A DNA stretch of 64,000 nt from Minisyncoccota bacterium (GTDB taxonomy: Bacteria; Patescibacteriota; Minisyncoccia; Phycocordibacterales; SW-6-46-9): positions 21,337 to 85,336 of the forward strand of contig JBBDRP010000002.1 of the NCBI GenBank assembly GCA_040905385.1, written 5' to 3'. The position numbers were made by a program, and so were the translations under genes. The notes below the pieces were generated by a model. It was not told where the DNA came from. It did not search any database and saw nothing but the letters and a program-made list of their open reading frames with translations. Of this stretch, positions 9,506 to 18,071 are shown one piece after another. How positions within the stretch are numbered: position 1 is the first letter of the stretch; the number at the start of each line of letters is the position of its first letter.

Positions 9506-10273
9506 ATGGAAAAAATACCAACACCGAAAGATAAAAACCTCGAGGAGAAAGAAAAGATGTCCGAAGAAGAGATGTTCCGGCAAGATGCTCTGGATAAGGC
9601 TAGTCAGCGACTTGCTGAGGCCTTGGCACAGAAAGAAGATGCTGAAGACATGGCGGAAGCTGTAGCTTTTCATTACTATATCGTTAAAAATCTCTGCAAC
9701 CGACTTACAAAAAAGCTTTTTGAGATAGATTATGCAAAAGAAGAAGTCGAGCAAGTCGTCAATGAATTGATGGAAATCCCTGAACGAGATGCTGTAAGTA
9801 TTTTACTTCTCAGTGATCGTCAGATGGATATTTTCTTTACACAGAAAAAGAATGAAGGAAATACAGTACAGAGTATTCTTGATGCCTTTATGGAGGCTGG
9901 AGCGGACAAACCAACCATCGGCTTTCACGCTACTCCAAAACAAATAATGCCAGCTACAAAAATCCGAAATGGCAGGGAAACAGAAGAATGGATTGTAGAC
10001 GGATCTGAAAAAGATCATAGAGATAACGATTTGCCAATGGCGTACTATAGTTACGACTATACGCATCTTTATCGTCAAAACAAAAGTGATTATTTATATA
10101 TCGTTCAATCACTTCCCTCCCACCGTGGTGATCCAAGTAATAACTGGGGCCGAGCACCAAGCCTGCAGATAATTTCAGAGATGAAGCAAGAGAATATCAA
10201 AGAGTATATTGAAAAGATGAAGTCTGCTGCACGTTTTGAAGATACTTCGGATTCTAAAAATAAAGCGGCGTAA
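9506..10273 (+). CDS. hypothetical protein (AT-rich island)
   Basis: 255-aa ORF with no motif I recognise. Local composition is markedly AT-rich. Confidence 0.45.
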   Translation: MEKIPTPKDKNLEEKEKMSEEEMFRQDALDKASQRLAEALAQKEDAEDMAEAVAFHYYIVKNLCNRLTKKLFEIDYAKEEVEQVVNELMEIPERDAVSILLLSDRQMDIFFTQKKNEGNTVQSILDAFMEAGADKPTIGFHATPKQIMPATKIRNGRETEEWIVDGSEKDHRDNDLPMAYYSYDYTHLYRQNKSDYLYIVQSLPSHRGDPSNNWGRAPSLQIISEMKQENIKEYIEKMKSAARFEDTSDSKNKAA

Positions 10274-10276
10274 AAT

Positions 10277-10644
10277 ATGAAATTTTACGTTGGATCCAGG
10301 CTAAAACACACCGCGCAGGTAAAAGAATTAACAAAGAAATTAGAGAATAAAGGCTATTTCTGTACTCACAAATGGACTGACGGCAAGAAGTTAAAGCCGT
10401 ACGAAAAAAATATTACCCAATCACAAGTAGTAGCTAACCAGCAAGCGGAAGCAATAAAAAAAGCGATGTATTCATACTATTAAACCCAGATACTGGTGGC
10501 ACAGGAATGTATGTAGAACTTGGCGTCGCGCTGGCGGAAGGTAAGAAAATATTTGTTGTTAATAAGTGCGAAAAGCCATTACTCCTCTTTCACTCTAAAG
10601 TAAAGCACGTCAGCAACGCAGAAGATCTTCTAAAACTAATTTAG
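10277..10644 (+). pseudogene. 2'-deoxynucleoside 5'-phosphate N-hydrolase (DNPH1/Rcl)-like gene with a -1 frameshift
   Basis: Frame 1 gives MKFYVGSRLKH... ending at TAA 10481-10483. Frame shifted by -1 from 10480 gives LNPDTGGTGMYVELGVALAEGKKIFVV...* ending at 10644. The two together resemble the Rcl-family motifs (YFCGSIRG ... SEGGTSVELGYA). The break is at CTATTAAACCC. Confidence 0.45.
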
Positions 10645-10648
10645 AGAT

Positions 10649-10826
10649 GGGAGAATCGGGGTCAGCTCTCATCAATATTTCTCTTCGCTACGCTCTAGAA
10701 ATATTGTGAGGCTCCTCCCCGGACTCGTGCGTCGTACTCGCTATGCTGCGTGCGACATCACTCCGTCTTTCGATATCTCCACGCAGGCAAAGAAATTTGC
10801 CTGCTCATCCTGCTCGCTCGTGTTAC
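10649..10826 (+). repeat. tRNA-proximal repeat family B, copy 1
   Basis: ~85% identical to 14459-14600. Contains hairpin CAATATTTCT...AGAAATATTG and a GAAA-looped hairpin GCAGGCAAA-GAAA-TTTGCCTGC. Confidence 0.6.
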
Positions 10827-10832
10827 TCGCGG

Positions 10833-10903
10833 TGCGGGATGGGAGAATCGAACTCCCGACCTCTGGTTGGAAACCAGACGTTTTACCACTAAACTAATCC
10901 CGC
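10833..10903 (-). tRNA. tRNA-Gly (anticodon TCC)
   Basis: Manual fold of GCGGGATTAGTTTAGTGGTAAAACGTCTGGTTTCCAACCAGAGGTCGGGAGTTCGATTCTCCCATCCCGCA. Anticodon loop is TTTCCAA. Confidence 0.8.
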
Positions 10904-11582
10904 AAAAATAAACCAATAATTTGAGCTGTTTTATTAGTTTATTTTTGCGGGGCTCGCCGAAGGCGGCCCGCCCCTGTAGAAATTATTCTAGCAAATTTAG
11001 CCCCAAATAACAAAACAGCAGACCCACAAGGGGCCCGCTGCTTCGTTCGAAGGTAAAAAAGATTTACGCTTCTTCGTCAGTATCATCTTCTTCCTCTCCT
11101 TCATCCTCTCCTTCTTCCTCTTTCTTTTCTTCTTCGTTGTTGAATTCGTCAGACATAGTATATATGTTTATTATTCGAACAATAAAACCTGGTCACCGAC
11201 TTGCAACCAAGTACATCACATATCTTACAAAATACACCGGATTTGTCAATAGGTTGTCACGAATTTTTAGTAATGTCAAGTAATTTTATAGCTTGACAAA
11301 TAAAGCTATATTTGGATTTTCTTCTTTTTTAAATTCCATATTTCCCTGCTGTGCGCATGATTTCTGATACCGACATCAGCTGTCAGATAGTAATTTCATC
11401 AGAAATTACAAATCATTTAAATAACTCACCCGGTTGAGTTATTTAGCCAGCGACGATAACATAAGTATTAGTGAGCTTACCTACCCACCGACAAGATCCA
11501 CAAGGAAGAGAGACGAGTCCTTGTGAAACCCGCAAATGACTCAAATAGGCCAATCAAAAAATTGTGAAATTTCTCGAGCTCT

Positions 11583-11745
11583 TAGTCGGGGCACCCGGAC
11601 TTTCACATAAACACAACATCCATCCCCGACCCCCTAACTTTGAAAACCTCACGGTTTTCAACACCCCTTATTACGCAGCACGCCACGTAACAAGGGGTTG
11701 CTTTCCTCCACGGGGATGGATGGGTTCAAGTCCTTATATGGCTCA
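11583..11745 (+). repeat. tRNA-proximal repeat family C, copy 1
   Basis: Begins with a 19-nt duplicate of the tRNA-Pro 3' end (AGTCGGGGCACCCGGACTT). Contains the conserved hairpin TTGAAAACC-TCAC-GGTTTTCAA and a degenerate T-arm-like GGGTTCAAGTCC. Parallels 14628-14770. Confidence 0.55.
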
Positions 11746-11796
11746 AAAATTATCAAAATCCAAGAGGTGAAAGTTTTTAAGTTCTTTAGCTATTAG

Positions 11797-11870
11797 TCGG
11801 GGCACCCGGACTTGAACCGGGAATCGCTCCGTCCCAAACGGAGTATGTTAGCCAATTACACCATGCCCCG
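11797..11870 (-). tRNA. tRNA-Pro (anticodon TGG)
   Basis: Manual fold CGGGGCATGGTGTAATTGGCTAACATACTCCGTTTGGGACGGAGCGATTCCCGGTTCAAGTCCGGGTGCCCCGA. Confidence 0.75.
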
Positions 11871-11960
11871 ACTAAGGGCTGAAGAGCCTCACGAGATCTT
11901 CATAAATTGTAAAAATACTTTCCCAGGAACGTAGAAAGAATACCACAACCGCACGGAAAA

Positions 11961-12353
11961 TTAAATAATAATGTTATCCAGCCACTTTATCCGTGCCTCG
12001 CCGCGGGCCTGATCCAAGTATACGCACAGCAGATCAAACCGCCAGGCTGGATCGCCATCAACCTCACTGCTGAGATACGTCTCGGTAATGCGCCGTAGGC
12101 GCTCTCTCTTCGCTGTACCGACGTTTTCCTCGGGTCGGTGTGCATCGCTCCCCTCTTTCGGAATATCGTCGGGAATACGGCAACTAACCGCCTTGACCTC
12201 GATAAATACCAGCGAGTCCTTGCGGGCAATAATATCAATCTCTCCGTACGGTCGTCGATAGTTGGTGCCGATGATCCTGTAGCCGTGCCGACGAAGAAAA
12301 TCAGCCGCCACAGCCTCCCCCAGCCGACCGGTTGTGGTGGTGGTCTCACGCAT
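11961..12353 (-). CDS. yraN: YraN-family (UPF0102) endonuclease
   Basis: GEAVAADFLRRHGYRII...GEIDIIA...LVFIEVK matches the YraN signature. Confidence 0.75.
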   Translation of the reverse strand: MRETTTTTGRLGEAVAADFLRRHGYRIIGTNYRRPYGEIDIIARKDSLVFIEVKAVSCRIPDDIPKEGSDAHRPEENVGTAKRERLRRITETYLSSEVDGDPAWRFDLLCVYLDQARGEARIKWLDNIII

Positions 12354-12780
12354 ACCGTCATGGTAGCAAAAAGATTTTTATCTTCCTTAAAGAGATTAGT
12401 GTCCTTTGTCCACTTATCAACAACTTTGTCTGTATATGACGATTAGTCATTTTATCAATTATTTTAGGGCTATTTTCTCTCTGTAAGCCATGCAAACGCC
12501 ACCATATCAGCCACAAACGACGTCGTTTATACACATACCCACTTAGTTATCCACATACAATGTCTTTAGAGAAATACGTCTATTTTATGAATATAGCCCT
12601 ATAATTAGGTTTATATGGAGAGATCTAACGTTACTATCTATCAGACAGGTGGCTTTTATCGACACCTCTGCCCAAATTGGTCTGTATACGAGATCGAAGT
12701 TGAAGAGTAGAGAAATATGCGTACAATGAGTAGCGGTTACGGTGGTGAAGTGAATTATCCGCCGGAAGCTGAAATAAGTA

Positions 12781-12854
12781 AGCGGGATTAGTATAGTGGT
12801 AGAACACATCCTTGCCATGGATGAGACGGGGGTTCGATTCTCCCATCCCGCACC
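12781..12854 (+). tRNA. tRNA-Gly (anticodon GCC), CCA encoded
   Basis: GCGGGATTAGTATAGTGGTAGAACACATCCTTGCCATGGATGAGACGGGGGTTCGATTCTCCCATCCCGCACCA. Confidence 0.85.
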
Positions 12855-13039
12855 ACATAACAAAGCCACCGGCGCATGTCGGTGGCTTTGTTATTTTTGG
12901 AATGGTAGTTGGGAGAATCGAACTATTGAAAGGGTCGGAAAACGATAGTTTTTCGTGGAGGAAAGCAGTGAGCGAAAGCGAGCGTTGAGAACCGTGGGTT
13001 CTTAAAGAGTTCCGCTTCAGCGGAACGAGTGAGATAGCG

Positions 13040-13140
13040 AAGCGTCTCCCATCCCGCACAGCGAGCAACGTGAGCGAGCAGGATGAGCAGGCAAATTTCT
13101 TTGCCTGCGTGGAGATATCGAAAGACGGAGCGTTATCTGA
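13040..13140 (-). repeat. repeat family B, partial inverted copy
   Basis: 13075-13130 is the reverse complement of 10762-10818, including the GAAA hairpin. A tRNA-Gly-like 3'-end fragment lies next to it. Confidence 0.55.
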
Positions 13141-13215
13141 GTTTCAGCGTAGCTGAAGGCGAAGATCGCGAGTCGAGGTCGCATAATTTTCTCCTCAGAG
13201 AAAATATCTGTGACC

Positions 13216-13240
13216 GATTCTCCCATCCCGCACCACATAA
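13216..13240 (+). repeat. 25-nt exact direct repeat of the tRNA-Gly(GCC) 3' end (att-like); a degenerate third copy at 13398-13424
   Basis: GATTCTCCCATCCCGCACCACATAA is identical to 12835-12859. ATATCTGTGACCGATTCTCCC recurs as ATATTCGTGACCGATTCTCCC at 13390. Confidence 0.6.
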
Positions 13241-13500
13241 AGAGAATCTCTCTGAGATTCTCCACGTGGCGAGCCAGAAAGTGGGCCACGACAAAAACAA
13301 GCCCAAAAGCTGGTGTTTTTGTATTACGTGAGTTCAGTGATGAATCCCGCTCCAGCGGGATGAGTTTTACGGGACATGTTTGGATTACGAAATATTCGTG
13401 ACCGATTCTCCCTGCCTGCCGGCACTACTTCGATTGGTTCAGGTAATATACAGTAGCATGCTCTTTTTATCGAATAGAAATTATAATAATTTAAACGATA

Positions 13501-13875
13501 ATGTTACACACAGTGAAAAAATTTAGTCTTTTTATAGCTAGTTTTTTAGTTGTTGTATTGCTACTATTCCAACTCATTGACAGCTTGGCTGGGCCTGCTG
13601 AAGCTACTTTTCGCAATGCTCCAAGTATATTTTGTGAACAGACTCGTTTTATTGGAATAACACTCCCTCCATTTGGAATATACCTGTGTTCTGAAGCAGA
13701 AGGTAGTGAATCGACGCGGGCACACGAGCTTGTACATTGGGATCAGTATGAATCTCAAGGTTTTTTAATGTTCTACGTCTCTTACGGTATTGGATATATC
13801 AAGTCTGACTTTGTTTATGAAGATCATCCTATGGAGATAGACGCACGGCAACGAGAAGCCCAGTTTATGCGGTAA
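13501..13875 (+). CDS. hypothetical membrane-anchored protein with HExxH (zinc-metallopeptidase-like) motif
   Basis: N-terminal TM helix, and AHELVHWDQ...E further downstream. Confidence 0.4.
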   Translation: MLHTVKKFSLFIASFLVVVLLLFQLIDSLAGPAEATFRNAPSIFCEQTRFIGITLPPFGIYLCSEAEGSESTRAHELVHWDQYESQGFLMFYVSYGIGYIKSDFVYEDHPMEIDARQREAQFMR

Positions 13876-13897
13876 TCATTTAATTAAACAGGAATGG

Positions 13898-14200
13898 TTA
13901 CTCTCCAGAAAGTTGCTTATAGACAGACTCGATCGACTTTACCAGCTTGAAGTCAGCCTCTGTCAGACCCTCCTTTTCGTGCGTGGTAACCATACAGACA
14001 ACGCTGTTGTAAGAGATACAGATATCTGGATGATGCGCGAGCTCTTCGGCCTCTTCGGCGATCGCGTTGGTAAACTCCATTGCCTCGACAAAGTCCTCGA
14101 AACGAAACTCCTTCTGCATTAATCCCCCCGCCTCATCTGCCTCCCAGCCTTCTAGATGCTCTAGCCGCGCCTCAACCTGTGATTGTGATAGCTTTTTCAT
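13898..14200 (-). CDS. pterin-4-alpha-carbinolamine dehydratase (PCD/DCoH family)
   Basis: EELAHHPDI matches the [EDKH]-H-H-P-x-[IL] signature; length is ~100 aa. Confidence 0.75.
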   Translation of the reverse strand: MKKLSQSQVEARLEHLEGWEADEAGGLMQKEFRFEDFVEAMEFTNAIAEEAEELAHHPDICISYNSVVCMVTTHEKEGLTEADFKLVKSIESVYKQLSGE

Positions 14201-14458
14201 CTCGTTAGAAAGTTATTATTGATACTAATAAATTATAACCAGGTTATTGCCGTAAACAAAGTTCGATGACCTTCTAACCGTCAGACATTACTTTCTAACG
14301 GGATTCATAAGATATAAGTTACACGAATAACTCCACTCACCTTTTTAGTATACGGTACACATGAAACTTTATCAGTATAATCTTATCAAATTCATATAAA
14401 AACCAGAAAGTAAGCTTTTCCAGGCACTCGCTCACTTTGGTAGTTGCACATGTAACAA

Positions 14459-14650
14459 AGATTCGGCGTCAGCTCTCATCAATATTCCCTCTCGCTTCAC
14501 TCGTGAAATATTGTGAGGCTCCTGGCCGGACTCGTTCGTCGGGCTCGCTGCGCTCACTCGACATAACTCCGTCTTTCGAATCCTTACGAAAGTGCAGAAA
14601 TGCACTTTCTCCGAGTGCAAAAATTCGCTCCGCTCATTTTGTGCACTCGG
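14459..14650 (+). repeat. repeat family B, copy 2
   Basis: Collinear with 10649-10790. At the position of the copy-1 hairpin it carries a different GAAA-looped hairpin, GAAAGTGCA-GAAA-TGCACTTTC. Confidence 0.6.
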
Positions 14651-14770
14651 AAGGAATCTCACATGAACACAACCTCGTTCCCGACCCCTCAACTTTGAAA
14701 ACCCACGGTTTTCAACGGCCTTCGGCCTGCTTTCCTACACGGGAACGAGAGGTTCGAATCCTACGAGATG
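14628..14770 (+). repeat. repeat family C, copy 2
   Basis: Begins with a 15-nt duplicate of the tRNA-Arg 3' region (TGCACTCGGAAGGA). Contains hairpin TTGAAAACC-CACG-GGTTTTCAA and a T-arm-like GAGGTTCGAATCCT inverted relative to the real tRNA. Confidence 0.55.
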
Positions 14771-14790
14771 CTCACTCACGTTGTTCGTTG

Positions 14791-14864
14791 TGCACTCGGA
14801 AGGATTCGAACCCTCAACCTGCTGATCCGAAGTCAGCTGCTCTATCCAGTTGAGCTACGAGTGC
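14791..14864 (-). tRNA. tRNA-Arg (anticodon TCG)
   Basis: GCACTCGTAGCTCAACTGGATAGAGCAGCTGACTTCGGATCAGCAGGTTGAGGGTTCGAATCCTTCCGAGTGCA. Confidence 0.75.
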
Positions 14865-14921
14865 ATGATATACTTCTGTCACAGATCGAACGTGACTAAC
14901 CCCATACATACTAGCAAATTT

Positions 14922-16427
14922 ATGACAAAAAGCGACATCAAAATTCCTATTGAAGTTACTCGTGTAACAGACCAGCTGTATACGGCTGGGTACGAGGCGT
15001 ATATTGTCGGTGGCTGTGTGCGCGACATCCTGCGTGGTGAAACTCCAAAAGACTGGGACATAACGACAAATGCCCTGCCAGATGAAATGCTGGATGTCTT
15101 TGAGCACGCTCATTACGACAATGACTTCGGAACTGTGCGCGTCATAAACGACACCGAGGATGAGCGTCTGCACGTTATCGAGATCACCACCTATCGCACC
15201 GAGGACAGTTACACGGATAACAGACATCCTGATCGAGTGCAGTTTTCCGACTCAATTAGCGAGGATCTCCGGCGACGTGACTTTACCATCAATGCCTTAG
15301 CCCTGGATTTGCAAGATGTTTCACGTGACAACATGGTAAGTGTTTCATCTGAAACACTTATAGACGAACATGGAGGTCTGGTAGACCTGCAAAAGCGCCG
15401 TCTGCGGGCGGTTGGTGACCCAAAAGAACGATTCCAAGAGGATGCACTGCGAATTATCCGCGGTATCCGCTTCGCGGCTGAGTTATCATTGGAAATAGAC
15501 CCAGATACGCTAGAGGCTATGCAGGACGAGGTTGCCCGCCTTAATGACGTGGCAGTAGAGCGTATTCGCGATGAGTTCGAGAAAATTGTTTCCTGTGAAA
15601 CACCAAAGCTCGGGCTGGAGATTACTCAGAAAATCGGGGCGTTAGATATTTTTATCCCTGAGCTTAGCGATACTATTGGTGTTGGTCAAAATCAGGCGCA
15701 CTCGTATGATCTCTGGGAGCATCTCACCCGGGCCTGTCAGACCACTGCTGACAAGGATTGGCCGCTTCATATCCGGCTGGCGGCACTTTTTCATGATATT
15801 GCCAAGGTACAGACCAAGGAATGGTCTGATGAGCGTAATGACTGGAGTTTCCATAATCATGAGGTAATTGGCGAACGTGTCACCGAAAAAATCCTCAATC
15901 GACTTAAATTTCCCAAAGATCTCGTGCGACAAGTAACAAATCTCGTGCGCTGGCACATGTTTTTTTCTGATACCGACGAAATTACCCACTCTGCTGTGCG
16001 ACGCCTTATCCAGAATGTTGGCAAAGAGAATGTTTGGGATCTGATGAAGGTGCGTCGAGCCGACCGACTCGGTATGGGCCGGCCCAAAGAAGAACCGTAC
16101 AGGCTACGTAAGTACCAATCAATGATAGAGGAGGTAATGCGCGACCCGGTATCAGTCGATCAGCTGGCCATTGACGGCAATGATGTTATTCGTGAAACAG
16201 ACGAAAGCCCGAGCCCTCGTATTGGATGGATACTGCATGCTCTTTTGGAAGAGGTACTGGATGATCCGAGTAAGAATGAAAAAGACACGCTTATTGATTT
16301 TGCAAACGAGCTTGCGAAGCTATCCGACAGCGAGTTAGAAGAAAAAGGCACTAAAGGACAAAAGGAAAAGGAGCGGCTCGAGAAAGAGGCGTTAAAAGAC
16401 ATACGTTCGAAATATCACGTAAAATAG
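14922..16427 (+). CDS. cca: CCA-adding tRNA nucleotidyltransferase with HD domain
   Basis: GGCVRDIL, RRDFTINA, and an HD motif (LFHDIAK). Start is moved to MTKSDIK because the ORF-track start overlaps tRNA-Arg. Confidence 0.8.
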   Translation: MTKSDIKIPIEVTRVTDQLYTAGYEAYIVGGCVRDILRGETPKDWDITTNALPDEMLDVFEHAHYDNDFGTVRVINDTEDERLHVIEITTYRTEDSYTDNRHPDRVQFSDSISEDLRRRDFTINALALDLQDVSRDNMVSVSSETLIDEHGGLVDLQKRRLRAVGDPKERFQEDALRIIRGIRFAAELSLEIDPDTLEAMQDEVARLNDVAVERIRDEFEKIVSCETPKLGLEITQKIGALDIFIPELSDTIGVGQNQAHSYDLWEHLTRACQTTADKDWPLHIRLAALFHDIAKVQTKEWSDERNDWSFHNHEVIGERVTEKILNRLKFPKDLVRQVTNLVRWHMFFSDTDEITHSAVRRLIQNVGKENVWDLMKVRRADRLGMGRPKEEPYRLRKYQSMIEEVMRDPVSVDQLAIDGNDVIRETDESPSPRIGWILHALLEEVLDDPSKNEKDTLIDFANELAKLSDSELEEKGTKGQKEKERLEKEALKDIRSKYHVK

Positions 16428-16551
16428 ATCTATTTTGTTCCACGTAAAACACTGGTAGCGATGAATTAAAGGGTTGAGTCTGGCTAGTGGTTTCAGTGGC
16501 TGTACGTATGAAATGTTACCCATATAACCCTTTTATAGTTACACATATCAC

Positions 16552-16579
16552 AAAACGCTCCGCAGAAGCGGAGCGTTTT
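16552..16579. terminator. hairpin terminator candidate
   Basis: AAAACGCTCCGC-AGAA-GCGGAGCGTTTT. Confidence 0.4.
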
Positions 16580-17119
16580 GCTGGTCAAGAGGGAGAAAAA
16601 TAATATAAACATTCATGAGAATAGAATGAAGTGTAGTTGCCACAGCCGCGCGGACATAATCTCCAGCCACAGGAGATATGTCACGCATTAAAATGTCCCA
16701 AAGAACATGCCGTATGACTGATTGATCTTTTTTACAGACAATCTGTCTCGGTCTGATTTAAATACTACGCGTATTAAAAGACATGTAAAGGACGTATGTG
16801 TGGATAAGTGTCTTAATAAGTGTATAAGTGTCTTTTATGTGTAAAATACAGCTATTATTAGCTATCGATTAGAGTCATCTATTACTCATTCACATGTCTT
16901 TCCCTTATTATTCTAGTATTTGTGTACATCTGTAATACAGAATTGTCGTAAAAGATTTGTTCTCGACATTCTTCAGACACTTTAGGCAAAATTAAAGACA
17001 GTATTCTGCTGACGGTGTCTAATGTTGATATATACGCACTCTCTCTTGCTTGATTTAGCAGGAAAGTGGTAGAATCCTTTGCAATTCCGGTCATTTCGTG
17101 CTACCTTTCTATATGTAAT

Positions 17120-17431
17120 ATGGCACTTACAACACGAAAAAAATTAAATGAGATTAAGAAGACGCGTCGGCACGCCGAAGATACTGGATCGCCTGAAAGT
17201 CAGATTGCGATCTTAACTCGTCGTATTAATGAGCTTTCTACACACTTAAAGCGCAATCAGCGCGATAAGCATTCTCGAAAGGGTCTTTTGGGACTCGTTG
17301 AGAAGCGACGCAAGCAGATTAATTATCTTATTGATACTAATCCTGACGCCTACAACAAAGTAGCAAAGGAGCTTGATTTAAAGACGCTTGCAGAGCGTCG
17401 TCCCGAGCCGGAAGAGACCGAGGAGGAGTAG
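17120..17431 (+). CDS. rpsO: 30S ribosomal protein S15 with short C-terminal extension
   Basis: MALTTRKKLNEIKKTRRHAEDTGSPESQIAILTRRINELSTHLKRNQRDKHSRKGLL matches S15. Confidence 0.85.
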   Translation: MALTTRKKLNEIKKTRRHAEDTGSPESQIAILTRRINELSTHLKRNQRDKHSRKGLLGLVEKRRKQINYLIDTNPDAYNKVAKELDLKTLAERRPEPEETEEE

Positions 17432-17491
17432 TCTGTCGGTGCCTTTTTATTACATTTCTGTTCAAGACTTTTAGTACTAACTTTTTATTTT

Positions 17492-17998
17492 ATGGCCTCA
17501 ATTAAGCACCCAGCCCAGCATGTGGGCGTATTTATTGATACACAGAATCTGTATCATTCAGCAAAGCATCTCTACAACGCCAAGGTAAACTTCAAAAATG
17601 TTCTTAAAGAATCAGTTGGTGATCGCCAGCTGGTCCGCGCAATCGCCTATGTAATCTCTACTGAAAGTGGGGAGGAGCAGGGATTCTTCGATGCATTGGA
17701 AAAGATCGGTATCGAAACCTGTGTAAAGGACCTGCAGATCTTCTCTGGCGGAGCCAAGAAGGCTGACTGGGATGTCGGACTGGCCGTTGACGCGATAAAA
17801 TTGGCACCACGTCTGGACACCGTAATTCTTGCGACCGGTGACGGAGACTTCACCGATCTGGTCGAGTACCTTCAGATCAACATGGGTTGTCAGGTGGAGG
17901 TGGTTTCATTCCGCCGTTCATCCTCGGCTCAGCTAATCGAGGTAGCCGACAATTTTCTGGACTTTGATGAAGCTCAGGACACCTTCTTGATTAAATAA
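17492..17998 (+). CDS. NYN/LabA-like (PIN-related) domain protein
   Basis: VGVFIDTQNLYHSAK...ILATGDGDF matches the NYN-domain pattern. Confidence 0.7.
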   Translation: MASIKHPAQHVGVFIDTQNLYHSAKHLYNAKVNFKNVLKESVGDRQLVRAIAYVISTESGEEQGFFDALEKIGIETCVKDLQIFSGGAKKADWDVGLAVDAIKLAPRLDTVILATGDGDFTDLVEYLQINMGCQVEVVSFRRSSSAQLIEVADNFLDFDEAQDTFLIK

Positions 17999-18017
17999 GT
18001 ATTCTACACAGATGTGC

Positions 18018-18048
18018 AAAAAACCGCCAATAGAGGCGGTTTTTTTAT
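18018..18048. terminator. bidirectional rho-independent terminator
   Basis: AAAACCGCC-AATAGAG-GCGGTTTTTTT between convergent genes. Confidence 0.6.
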
Positions 18049-18071
18049 ATATCAATACTGAAACCCGAACG

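Noticed and set aside
10905-11060. SRP (4.5S) RNA on the minus strand, suggested by GAAGCAGC and GC-rich hairpins.
   Set aside because: No convincing domain IV symmetric and asymmetric loop arrangement or GGAA tetraloop context. Cannot be supported without a covariance model.
12585-13289. ORF-track entries 12585-12869, 12634-13068, 13017-13289 and 13083-13401.
   Set aside because: They overlap tRNA-Gly(GCC) and the repeat or att-like region and have no protein-like composition. Spurious.
14437-15227. ORFs 14437-14853 (+), 14432-14692 (-) and 14814-15227 (-), and the extended cca start at 14850.
   Set aside because: They overlap repeat families B and C and tRNA-Arg. cca begins at MTKSDIK (14922).
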